Part shown: piece after piece, positions 8,954 through 18,834 of the stretch
Layout: every line of letters starts with the position of its first letter
How positions within the stretch are numbered: position 1 is the first letter of the stretch
The notes under the pieces: generated by a model
What the model was told of the DNA's origin: nothing
Database searches by the model: none
Seen by the model: the letters and a program-made list of their open reading frames with translations, nothing else
Made by a program: the position numbers and the translations under genes
DNA from: an uncultured Pseudomonadota bacterium
GTDB lineage: Bacteria > Oederibacteriota > Muellerivitia > Muellerivitales > Muellerivitaceae
DNA: 64,000 nucleotides
Reading direction: 5' to 3'
Assembly (NCBI GenBank): GCA_963836235.1
Contig: CAWIIP010000002.1
Location: 416,001 to 480,000, forward strand

Positions 8954-10288
8954 TCAATAATAGGCCATGACGGTGGCTTTAGTGGAGCCGTCCACGTAAG
9001 CGACATATGGAATTCCATTGCTGACGAACAACGATAATCCCGCCGCCGAAGTTGCCGTAAAGTCCGCGGCGCCGACCGTGTTCCAGGTGCTGCCGTTGAA
9101 GCTGACGACGGTAATCTTACTGCCATTGGCGACGTCCTCAAAAGCCACATAGGGTGTGCCGTTGTAGATATAGAGCGATGGAAATCCCGCGCCGGTGGAA
9201 AGGGCGGTGCCGCCGACGATTGACCAGGTACTCCCGTTATAGCTCCAAAGATAGGCTTGGCCCGTGGCGCCGTCCGGGAAGGCCACGTAAGGCGTCCCGT
9301 TGTAAACCGAGAGGGACGTGGTGACATGGGCCCCGCCGGTTGAAAAATCCGCGTTACCCACCGTGACCCACGCGCTTCCGGTGTAATTCATGACCGTCGT
9401 TTTGTAATTATCGCTTCCATCTTGAAAAGCCACATAAGGTTCCCCGTTATATACATAGAGGGATTGAGATTGTGTCGAACTGGAAGAAAAATCAGGGCTG
9501 CCCACCGTGACCCAGGAGGTTCCATCGTAGCTCATAACCGTCATTCGATTACTGGCACAAGAATAATCATTCAAAGCGACATAAGGGGTGCCGCCATCCA
9601 TAAATAATGGATAGGCCACTGTGGAACAGCTCGAAAAGTCCGGGTTACCGACATTGACCCACGCGGCGCCGTTGTACTTCATAACAGTGGGTTGATCGTT
9701 ATTGGTGCCATCCGGAAAAGCCACATAGGGCGTGCCGTTATAAACGCAAACGGAAGCCGATATCGCCGTTCCAGGCGAAAACCCGGCGTTGCCGACATTC
9801 ACCCAGGAACTTCCGACGTAACTCATGACGGTGGCTTTTTCGCCGTTTCCAAGATCCTCGTAACCCACGTAGGGAACGCCGTTGTAAACGCACAGCGACG
9901 GCGGGCATATCATTCCGGCGGAAAAGCCCGCGGGTCCCACTAATTTCCATGACGGCGTGGGACTGTTGGTGGGTGTGTAGGTGATGGTTGGGGAAAGGGT
10001 ATTGGTCGGAGTAAAGGTGATCGTTGGAGTGGCGGTGTTGGTTCGAGTGTTCGTTGGGGTGCTTGTGAAAGTTATTGTCGGCGTATTGGACGGTGTAGGG
10101 GTAAAAGTAAAAGTACAGGTATTTCCCGGATACCCGCAGGGGGTATTGCTGGGCAGGATGGTGAAGGTCGACGTGGGCGCGGGCGGACGCGGGGCGGCAG
10201 GGCCGTCGTTGACGCAAGCGACAGGGAAAAACCAAAGCAGGCATGGAAAGAGTAAGGCGAAACCCGCTAGGCAAATGGTTCGGCGCAT
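8954..10288 (-). CDS. Lipoprotein with TPT linker and seven-repeat beta-propeller-like domain
   Basis: Signal ending PVA-C, a Thr/Pro linker, then 7 repeats of about 48 aa: WxxVGxA(G/D)FS...SLxVYNGTPYVAFxD...TVMxY. Confidence 0.82.
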   Translation of the reverse strand: MRRTICLAGFALLFPCLLWFFPVACVNDGPAAPRPPAPTSTFTILPSNTPCGYPGNTCTFTFTPTPSNTPTITFTSTPTNTRTNTATPTITFTPTNTLSPTITYTPTNSPTPSWKLVGPAGFSAGMICPPSLCVYNGVPYVGYEDLGNGEKATVMSYVGSSWVNVGNAGFSPGTAISASVCVYNGTPYVAFPDGTNNDQPTVMKYNGAAWVNVGNPDFSSCSTVAYPLFMDGGTPYVALNDYSCASNRMTVMSYDGTSWVTVGSPDFSSSSTQSQSLYVYNGEPYVAFQDGSDNYKTTVMNYTGSAWVTVGNADFSTGGAHVTTSLSVYNGTPYVAFPDGATGQAYLWSYNGSTWSIVGGTALSTGAGFPSLYIYNGTPYVAFEDVANGSKITVVSFNGSTWNTVGAADFTATSAAGLSLFVSNGIPYVAYVDGSTKATVMAYY

Positions 10289-10407
10289 AATCCCATCCCT
10301 CTAAATAACAGGCCTCAAATAGTTCGGCTTGATTAGCTTACCACTCCCCCGCTTTAGGGAGGACGGGATTTTACAGGGTTATTGGGCTCTTTTCTCGGGA
10401 CAAAAAG

Positions 10408-10472
10408 GGTCCTCATTCGACGAGCTCATGGCAGGCAGGTTCGGCGGGCTCACCGCAGGCCTTCCTGGACAG
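10408..10472. repeat. Intergenic palindromic (REP-like) element with duplicated core
   Basis: CCTCATTCGACGAGCTCATGGCAGGC followed by GGTTCGGCGGGCTCACCGCAGGC and CTGGACAG. Confidence 0.65.
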
Positions 10473-10508
10473 AGAAATGAATGATGAATAGCCCCTATCT
10501 TCTTTCGT

Positions 10509-10907
10509 TCATACAGGAGAATCTGGAAATTGCCGCAACCAGTCCTCGGCTTCCTGAAAACTCTGAAAGACCCTGACGGGCATTCCCCGGTTGGTGGCCA
10601 CTGTCTCGCCGAATTTAGAGGGGTCCATCAAAGGAGGGGTCGCCACCACGGCGAACCGGCAGGATGAAAGTTCCCCATTACTCCGGGCGGAAAAATATTT
10701 TTTGGCCCCGGTTTGGCCCATCGTGAAGCGCTGCATGGTGGTGAGGGTTCCCTCGACCTTGCGAAGATCCGCCAGGATCTTGGCGCATTGATGGGTAATG
10801 GCCGTTCCAACCAGCTGTTCCGGAAATTCGGTAGGAAAAGATTCTTCCACGCGGCCCTCGAAGGTTACGAGTAAGAAATCGGGATGGGTTTCGGTCACTG
10901 AGGTCAT
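10509..10907 (-). CDS. Hypothetical protein, STAS/SpoIIAA-like fold
   Basis: KILADLR, RFAVV, FGETVATNRG.PVRVF.S..EAEDWL pattern typical of STAS/SEC14-like small proteins. Confidence 0.65.
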   Translation of the reverse strand: MTSVTETHPDFLLVTFEGRVEESFPTEFPEQLVGTAITHQCAKILADLRKVEGTLTTMQRFTMGQTGAKKYFSARSNGELSSCRFAVVATPPLMDPSKFGETVATNRGMPVRVFQSFQEAEDWLRQFPDSPV

Positions 10908-11105
10908 GGGACGGGTAATTTAGAAGATATACAACTTAAAGACAATGCCGCTTCCCGCCGATTCAAAAATAAATAAAATAATTTTGTCAATAATTTTTTC
11001 CGCGCCGCCGATCTCCTTTTTAAAGCGAAGAATGAAATCCGCCGCTCAAAAAAATAAGGAGCTTGCAAATATTTTTTTCAGGGCCGCATTAGCTAATTTA
11101 TTTAT

Positions 11106-11158
11106 TTGTCCACGGCGGCCTGCCATGAGCTTGTCGAATGGGTCCCCACCGTGGACAA
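11106..11158. repeat. Intergenic palindromic (REP-like) element, most complete copy
   Basis: TTGTCCACGGCGG-CCTGCCATGAGCTTGTCGAATG-GGTCC-CCACCGTGGACAA with terminal inverted repeats. Confidence 0.75.
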
Positions 11159-11219
11159 CAACCTTAAACTTTCGCCTCTCAGACAAACCAGGATCGATAA
11201 ACCGGGTTATTTTTTTCCC

Positions 11220-11672
11220 CTAGACGTTGAATTGGCGAAGATGATGATCCAAGTGTTTGTACTCTAAGATGGCCCACTCCATGGGCGTCAGCGGGCCAAA
11301 ATAGGAATGAGGATGGCTCGTACAGGCCGAGGGCCCCCCCGAAACGAACCGGTCTATAAGCAAACAAAGACGCTTGCTCTCCGCCGCCAGATCGTGCTCG
11401 CCGCTGACGGCCAACTCATCCAACGTAGGCGTGTTACAGCGGAACTCATCATCATTTCCTAAGACCAGGGGCTTAATCACCAAACCTATCAGGCGCCCGA
11501 TCAGCTTGCGGCGCGGCCTGATCTCGCCCAGGGCCATCTCGAGTCCCAAAACGCAATGAGCCATGACTTGGTCCGGACTCCTCTTGCCCCACTGCCGGCC
11601 ACTGTCGGGCTGTAACTTATCAATCCGCCGCTTTATTTGGTCCGCGAGAGCGGCATCGAACAGGTTTTTCAT
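11220..11672 (-). CDS. DUF1569 / DinB-superfamily protein
   Basis: QWGKRSPDQVMAHC, HPHSYFGPLT..EW, KHLDHHLRQF. Confidence 0.88.
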   Translation of the reverse strand: MKNLFDAALADQIKRRIDKLQPDSGRQWGKRSPDQVMAHCVLGLEMALGEIRPRRKLIGRLIGLVIKPLVLGNDDEFRCNTPTLDELAVSGEHDLAAESKRLCLLIDRFVSGGPSACTSHPHSYFGPLTPMEWAILEYKHLDHHLRQFNV

Positions 11673-11709
11673 TTGAATGATCTCCGCGAAAGCTTAAATG
11701 CTTTTTATC

Positions 11710-11740
11710 TTGTCGGCTCATGGCAGGCCGCCTTGGACAA
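11710..11740. repeat. Truncated copy of palindromic element
   Basis: GCTCATGGCAGGCCGCCTTGGACAA. Confidence 0.6.
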
Positions 11741-11801
11741 CCGTTCCCGAGAAACTTGCCATTCTTAACAACAGCCAGCTAAACGCGATTTAACGATGCG
11801 C

Positions 11802-12356
11802 TTATTTTTTTGCCGGCTCATAGTAAAGAACTACCGCGCCACTACCAAATGTTTCTGTTTTTAAGAGCTTAAGATCGATCCGGTCACGGATATTCTTAAA
11901 TAGGGGCAGGCCGCTTCCTAAAATAACTGGGTGAACGACAAGCTGTAATTCATCAATTAAGCCAAACTGCGCCAAGGCTGTTATTAAGCTGGGGCTGCCC
12001 GCTAAAATATTTTTACCCGCTTGCTGCTTGAGGTTTAAAACCTCTTCTTTAATGAGTCCCTTTTTTAATATTGAATTTTTCCAGTCAACCTTTTGCAGCG
12101 TGCGGGAAAAAACGATCTTTGAAATATTGTCGATGAGTACCGCGAATTCATCGTCCAGTTTGTCGCCGGTCGGGCTTTTTACCATCGGTGGCCAATAATC
12201 TTCCATCAGTTGATAGGTTATCCTTCCGTACAGAAGGGTGTCCGCAGTGCGCAATAGATCATTAAAAAAGCGCATTCCTTCGTCGCTCGGGACCATCGCT
12301 GTGTGGTCGCAAAACCCGTCTAGTGTCATATTGATGGCCGCGATTAGTTTTCTCAT
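11802..12356 (-). CDS. Dihydrofolate reductase-like (RibD C-terminal) protein
   Basis: MRKLI...MTLDGF, LLYGRITY, GSPSL, LIDEL.LVVHPVILGSGLPLF. Confidence 0.9.
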   Translation of the reverse strand: MRKLIAAINMTLDGFCDHTAMVPSDEGMRFFNDLLRTADTLLYGRITYQLMEDYWPPMVKSPTGDKLDDEFAVLIDNISKIVFSRTLQKVDWKNSILKKGLIKEEVLNLKQQAGKNILAGSPSLITALAQFGLIDELQLVVHPVILGSGLPLFKNIRDRIDLKLLKTETFGSGAVVLYYEPAKK

Positions 12357-12370
12357 GTATTAAGCCCTCC

Positions 12371-12967
12371 TTAAGCTCCAATGGTACCTGTCCTGACTTT
12401 TCCAGCCCGCTTGTAATTGACAATCATCACTCCACTTGGCGTAACAATACTCTCCGTTAATACAAACGCCATCGGAACCACGCCGCCATTGAATAACCTT
12501 TTTCCTTTGCCTAGGGTCAACGGATAAATTTTGAGCCGGAGTTCATCCACTAAATCATTCTTAAGCAACAGCTGAATGAGCTTGCCGCTACCCCAAACTT
12601 GAATGTCGGAACCTTTTGAATTTTTGAGTTTTTTGATATCGCCCAAGCTTTTGAGGAAAACCGATTTTTTCCAATCCGACTTTTTCATGGTCTTGGATAG
12701 GACGTACTTGGTTCCCTCATTGATACCAGGCCAAATGTCCGCGTGTTTAGGCCAGAAGGGGGCCCAAATCTCAAACGTTTTTCTGCCCAAAAGATAATCC
12801 GCCGTTTGTTTCAGCTCTTTTTGTACCACCTTGCCACCAACTTCGTCATCATAAGGCACGACCCAACCGCCATATTTGAACCCCCCCGATGGATCTTCCT
12901 TAGGTCCACCAGGCGCTTGGATGACTCCATCTAATGACATCATTGATAAAACAATTATTTTTCTCAT
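12371..12967 (-). CDS. Dihydrofolate reductase-like (RibD C-terminal) protein
   Basis: MSLDGVIQAPGGPKED, LLGRKTFE, VWGSGKL, LVDEL.LKIYPLTLGKGKRLF. Confidence 0.9.
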   Translation of the reverse strand: MRKIIVLSMMSLDGVIQAPGGPKEDPSGGFKYGGWVVPYDDEVGGKVVQKELKQTADYLLGRKTFEIWAPFWPKHADIWPGINEGTKYVLSKTMKKSDWKKSVFLKSLGDIKKLKNSKGSDIQVWGSGKLIQLLLKNDLVDELRLKIYPLTLGKGKRLFNGGVVPMAFVLTESIVTPSGVMIVNYKRAGKVRTGTIGA

Positions 12968-13142
12968 TTAACGACACCTCCCAAAGCTGAATGTCTAAAA
13001 TAATTTTCCTTAATTTCAAGTTAATTTCTAGCCATCTTGCCGAAAGTAAAATTCCAACCGCGAACCGCGAAAGTGGTTCCAAAGTGGATTCCGGTAAGGC
13101 GCAGAGACAGGCGTTCATGGGTTCGCACCCTAGGACTCGGAA

Positions 13143-13672
13143 CTAACGCGGCGCCGGCCGCTCTGACGCTTCCATTGGTTGTTGCATAATGACATCGAGC
13201 GCGACCACGTAGGCGAAAGCGACCGTAAAGAAGTCGATCGTCAAGGCCGTGATATAGGCCGCGGCACTATAGGGGAGGCCGCCTAAAACATAGCCAAGCA
13301 TCGCTAGTGTCACAACGGAGCCCAATACAACGAAGACCGCGAATATCGCGGGCGGTGGTCCTTTACCGACCGTCTTGCGGCGTCGGTACGGATAGGTGAC
13401 CTGAAGAAACAGCATCGGTAGCGCGAAAAGCACACTCGAGATTCGCCAAATCCAATTTTCCGGAATGTCGTAGAGCGCGAAGAGCGCCGGCAGCAGCGCT
13501 GCCGACGTCAATACGAAAATGTGCATCATGACCGTTTTTGAGAGGAATCTATCAAGCAGTGATAATCTCGCTCCAACGGCGGCCGGAGGGTCAACAAGAG
13601 CGCCGAAAACCCCGCGAAGGTGATCATCAGACCGGCCAATGTGTACAAAAAAGTCGCGCCTTTGACTTCCAT
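13143..13672 (-). pseudogene. Membrane protein gene with apparent single-base frameshift near 13580
   Basis: Strong AGGAGG SD and ATG at 13672 give the hydrophobic MEVKGATFLYTLAGLMITFAGFSALLLTLRP, then an early stop. The hydrophobic continuation (AVGARLSLLDRFL...) lies in another frame ending at 13143. Confidence 0.7.
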
Positions 13673-13706
13673 TTTTTCTCCTCCTAAAAACCAAGGCGGG
13701 GCTTCG

Positions 13707-14963
13707 CTACCCCGCGTCGGATACCGATCCCGATCCGGCGGCGGCCGATGACCGGGCCATCTTCGGGGACTCGGAGAGCGACATCATGAGGAAAGCCGAT
13801 CCTCCCAGTAACAGCGCGAGGCCGACAAAGGACGGGATGTAAGAGTTATGGAAGGTTCCCCGCAACGCGTCCATCAGGACAATCAGAAGGCCGGATGCCT
13901 GCACGACTATGGCGAAAATCCCGTTGCTCGTACCCTCAGGAGCCGGAAAGGTGATTTCGGCGCCGTATTGATAGGCCACCGGAGTCACGCCTGTGACCGC
14001 GAAGCCCATGACAAAGAAACAAATGACCTCGAATACGAGGCCCCTCCCCAGCACCAAGCCCAGCGTGGCAGGCACCGCCAGAACGACCGCTATGAGCAGC
14101 ACCAGCTTCCGGCGTCCTAAGGCGTCCGAAACCGCGGGAATCACGATACTGCCGACGATTCCGCCCACGAGCAGCAAAGTCGTCAGCAACACGCCCTGAT
14201 CCGTCGTAAGCGAAAGCTCCGTGCCGAGCCCGTCGATCAGCGTGAACACGCCGTTCACGATGCCGCTGGCCAGAAAGAGCGCGAGGGAGAGGATATAGAC
14301 GTTTTTGTTTTTCAGGATTTGCTTCAGGCTGTCCAGTACCAGCGCGCGGACCTCCTCCCCCGGGGGGCTCGCCGACGTCGGGGGTTCCGATTTGGCCAGC
14401 AAGAGGAACAACAAGGAGGACGCCGCCGAGGCAATGCCATAGATGAGTTGCATCCCGGAAAACCCGAAGGCGGAAACCAAACCAGGCCCCAGCGCTTCGC
14501 CCAGCCCGATGCCTAAAAACATGGCGATGAAAATGACGCCCGTAATGGTGGCCCTGTGTTTTTGCGGAAACCAAAGCGCGGCGAATTTGGTGAAGGCGTT
14601 TAAAAGGAAGGGCTGTCCGACCGATATGCCGATCGTTCCCACCACCGCCATCGTATAATTCGTGGGAAACAAGGCGCGAAGCAGTCCGAAAGCTCCCATC
14701 AAGAGGGCGCCGAATCCGACCGCTTTCTTGAACCCATAGGTATCGATCGCCCAGGCCGCCGGAAACGAAACAACGAGATAGATGAGCATGAACAGGTTCG
14801 CCAGAAGATCGATGTCCTCGCGCTTCACACCATAGGCGGTGGCCGCCAGCGTCGCGATAGGCGCGTAACAGATCCACAGCACTTGGACCATGACATTGAT
14901 CAGCATGAATAGAGCTAGCACCACCCATCGATAGGGGTACAACTTGACGCCTTGCTCTTCCAT
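13707..14963 (-). CDS. MFS transporter (FLVCR-like subfamily)
   Basis: About 12 TM segments; YPYRWVVL N-terminus; AALWFPQKHRA; SDALGRRK; YGAEITFPAPEGTS. Confidence 0.9.
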   Translation of the reverse strand: MEEQGVKLYPYRWVVLALFMLINVMVQVLWICYAPIATLAATAYGVKREDIDLLANLFMLIYLVVSFPAAWAIDTYGFKKAVGFGALLMGAFGLLRALFPTNYTMAVVGTIGISVGQPFLLNAFTKFAALWFPQKHRATITGVIFIAMFLGIGLGEALGPGLVSAFGFSGMQLIYGIASAASSLLFLLLAKSEPPTSASPPGEEVRALVLDSLKQILKNKNVYILSLALFLASGIVNGVFTLIDGLGTELSLTTDQGVLLTTLLLVGGIVGSIVIPAVSDALGRRKLVLLIAVVLAVPATLGLVLGRGLVFEVICFFVMGFAVTGVTPVAYQYGAEITFPAPEGTSNGIFAIVVQASGLLIVLMDALRGTFHNSYIPSFVGLALLLGGSAFLMMSLSESPKMARSSAAAGSGSVSDAG

Positions 14964-15029
14964 AACCCCTCCATTTTGAAATTTGTTTTTAGGTTTGCGT
15001 AGATTTGCGGCTAAAGCTTTTGAGGCCGG

Positions 15030-15184
15030 TTATTCCCACTCAATAGTTCCGGGTGGTTTGCTGGTGATGTACCGATCTTTCCGCAAGAATTCAAGGAGAT
15101 CGGCACTATAACGAGTATTTGTTCCCGCCATTGAGTGTCCGTTTCACTCCCACTCAATAGTTCCAGGGGGTTTGCTGGTGATGT
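15030..15184 (-). repeat. 41-bp direct repeat of the guaA 3' end (15030-15070 vs 15144-15184), att-like
   Basis: ACATCACCAGCAAACCACCCGGAACTATTGAGTGGGAATAA vs ACATCACCAGCAAACCCCCTGGAACTATTGAGTGGGAGTGA: 37/41 identical, both encoding [12 protein letters not shown]. Confidence 0.88.
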
Positions 15185-16694
15185 CATAAACCACCCGGTT
15201 GATGCCACGAACTTCGTTGATGATGCGGTTGGATATACGGCCAAGGAGATCATAAGGCAGTTTCACCCAATCGGCGGTCATGCCGTCGGTGGAGTGGACC
15301 GCGCGGATGGCGCAGACATGGTCGTAGGTGCGTTCGTCCCCCATGACCCCGACCGTCTTGACGGGAGTCAGCACCGCGAAGGACTGCCAGATGGAATAAT
15401 AAAGGCCTGCCTTTTGGATTTCTTCCGTCACGATCGCGTCGGCCTTACGCAGGATTTCCAGCCTCTCCGCGGTGATCTCGCCCACCACCCGCACCGCCAA
15501 TCCCGGCCCCGGGAAAGGCTGGCGCCAGAGCAATTCCCTGGGGATTCCCAGCTTGGCCCCCAGGGCCCGGACCTCGTCCTTGAAAAGCTCCCGCAGGGGT
15601 TCCACCAGCTTGAACTTCATGTCGTCGGGCAGGCCACCCACGTTATGGTGGCTCTTGATGGTGGCGGAGGGGCCCTTAACCGACACGCTTTCGATGACAT
15701 CGGGATAAAGCGTTCCCTGCGCTAAGAAGTCGAACTCACCCTTTTCTTTCATCAAGTCTCGGGCGGAGCGCTCGAAAACCCGGATGAAGGTCCGGCCGAT
15801 GATCTTGCGCTTTTGTTCGGGTTCGGAAACGCCCTGGAGGGCGTCGAGAAATTCTTTTTCAACGTCGGCGTAATGGAGGTCGATCTTCAGCTTCTTCTTA
15901 AACATCTCCTGCACCTGCTCAGCCTCGCCCATCCGAAGCACCCCGTTATTAACGAAGACGCAGGAAAGCTGGTCTCCCACGGCCCGATGGATGAGGGCGG
16001 CGACCACGGTGGAATCCACCCCGCCGGAGACCCCGCAAAGCACCCGGCCCTTCCCTACTTGTTCCTTGATCAGGCGTACCGCGTCCTTCACGTAGGAGGC
16101 CATGCTCCAGGTCGGCTTGCAGCCGCAGACCTTCCGGGCGAAGTTTTCGAGGATCTTATAGCCCTTGTCGGTATGGACCACCTCGGGATGGAACTGCACC
16201 CCGTAAAGCTTTCGCTTGGGGTCCGCCATGGCAGCGGTGGGGCAGGTGTGGGTGGAGGCGATTTTCTTGAACCCCGGCGGTATTTGGGTGATCTGGTCGC
16301 CGTGGCTCATCCAAACATTGAGGGTGGAGGGGAGGCCAGCGAGAAAACCCTTCTTGTCCTTGATTTTCAAAGAAGCCAAACCAAATTCCCTTTTATGAGC
16401 CTTCACCACTTTCCCACCCAGGGCCTGGCTCATCAACTGGATGCCGTAACAAATGCCGAGAATCGGAACGCCTTGCCGGAAGAGGGACGGGTCCACATGG
16501 GGGGCGTCGGGAGCGTAAACGCTGGCGGGGCCGCCGGAGAGGATGATGCCTTTGGGATTCTTTTCAAGGATTTTCTCCACGGGCGTGGAAAAGGGCAGGA
16601 TCTCGCAATAGACCCCGCCTTCGCGCACCCGCCGGGCGATCAACTGGCTATATTGGGCCCCGAAATCCAAAACGATAATCGTGTCGTGATGCAA
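15144..16694 (-). CDS. guaA: GMP synthase (glutamine-hydrolysing)
   Basis: [49 protein letters not shown]. Confidence 0.98.
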   Translation of the reverse strand: MHHDTIIVLDFGAQYSQLIARRVREGGVYCEILPFSTPVEKILEKNPKGIILSGGPASVYAPDAPHVDPSLFRQGVPILGICYGIQLMSQALGGKVVKAHKREFGLASLKIKDKKGFLAGLPSTLNVWMSHGDQITQIPPGFKKIASTHTCPTAAMADPKRKLYGVQFHPEVVHTDKGYKILENFARKVCGCKPTWSMASYVKDAVRLIKEQVGKGRVLCGVSGGVDSTVVAALIHRAVGDQLSCVFVNNGVLRMGEAEQVQEMFKKKLKIDLHYADVEKEFLDALQGVSEPEQKRKIIGRTFIRVFERSARDLMKEKGEFDFLAQGTLYPDVIESVSVKGPSATIKSHHNVGGLPDDMKFKLVEPLRELFKDEVRALGAKLGIPRELLWRQPFPGPGLAVRVVGEITAERLEILRKADAIVTEEIQKAGLYYSIWQSFAVLTPVKTVGVMGDERTYDHVCAIRAVHSTDGMTADWVKLPYDLLGRISNRIINEVRGINRVVYDITSKPPGTIEWE

Positions 16695-16710
16695 AGGAAG
16701 ACTCCTGAAA

Positions 16711-16775
16711 CCAGCTATTAGCGGATGGCGGTTAGCCCTTGGCTAATGGCCAACAGCTAACCGACATCGGCCGCT
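16711..16775. repeat. Intergenic palindrome built from ~7-nt units, downstream of the ABM gene
   Basis: GATGGCGGTTAGC...GCTAACCGACATC inverted arms; shares TTAGCGGATGGCGGTT with the 17081-17142 element. Confidence 0.65.
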
Positions 16776-16776
16776 T

Positions 16777-17064
16777 TCAATCAAAGTTGCCGTAAAAGCC
16801 CCGTAAAAGATGGGGACGGAGAGCGAAGGCCGGTTTTTCATTCTCATTGAGCTTTTGGGAAGCTTTCTCGGCGGCTTGAAAGTGCTTCAAGGTGTCGTAT
16901 TCGACGTAAATCAGGAAGGTGTCATCGTTGTTGAGGGCCTTTTTTACGTAAGCTCGGATGACTCCTTCGGTCTTTTTTTCTTTTTCAACTTGGCTTTTGA
17001 TAATCTCGGAAGCTTTCCCCTGGTGCCCCTTACGGATGGTCATCACCGCGATAGATACGATCAT
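16777..17064 (-). CDS. Antibiotic biosynthesis monooxygenase (ABM)-like protein
   Basis: 95 aa ferredoxin-like pattern ...EKKTEGV...DDTFLIYVEYD; GGAGG SD. Confidence 0.7.
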   Translation of the reverse strand: MIVSIAVMTIRKGHQGKASEIIKSQVEKEKKTEGVIRAYVKKALNNDDTFLIYVEYDTLKHFQAAEKASQKLNENEKPAFALRPHLLRGFYGNFD

Positions 17065-17080
17065 AATTCCTCCAATGAAC

Positions 17081-17142
17081 TGCGGTTAGCGGATGGCGGT
17101 TTGCCGTTAGCTATAAGCCAACGGCAAAGCGCTATCGGCTGT
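17081..17142. repeat. Intergenic palindrome upstream of the ABM gene
   Basis: GATGGCGGTTTGCCGTTAGCT-ATA-AGCCAACGGCAAAGCGCTATC imperfect hairpin. Confidence 0.65.
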
Positions 17143-17143
17143 T

Positions 17144-18733
<1,590 letters not shown>

Positions 18734-18752
18734 TCAACGTTAAGTGGGCGTT

Positions 18753-18781
18753 AATATAATGATTGGGCCGTGGAGTGTCAA
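18753..18781 (-). promoter_or_regulatory. Sigma70-type promoter upstream of guaB
   Basis: Minus strand TTGACA-17 nt-TATATT. Confidence 0.7.
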
Positions 18782-18834
18782 CGCCCGGTATTGGGGCTTA
18801 AAAGTGAAACCATGGCAAAAAAGAAAGCGGCGGG

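Noticed and set aside
541-11740. Possible CRISPR array or integron attC sites from the recurring repeats
   Set aside because: Copies are dispersed, variable and in both orientations, with no regular spacers, no cas or intI gene, and no consistent RYYYAAC...GTTRRRY ends.
15011-15253. 80-aa ORF with an internal repeat ([12 protein letters not shown] / TSPANHPELLSG)
   Set aside because: Off-frame reading of the duplicated guaA 3' end, not a separate gene.
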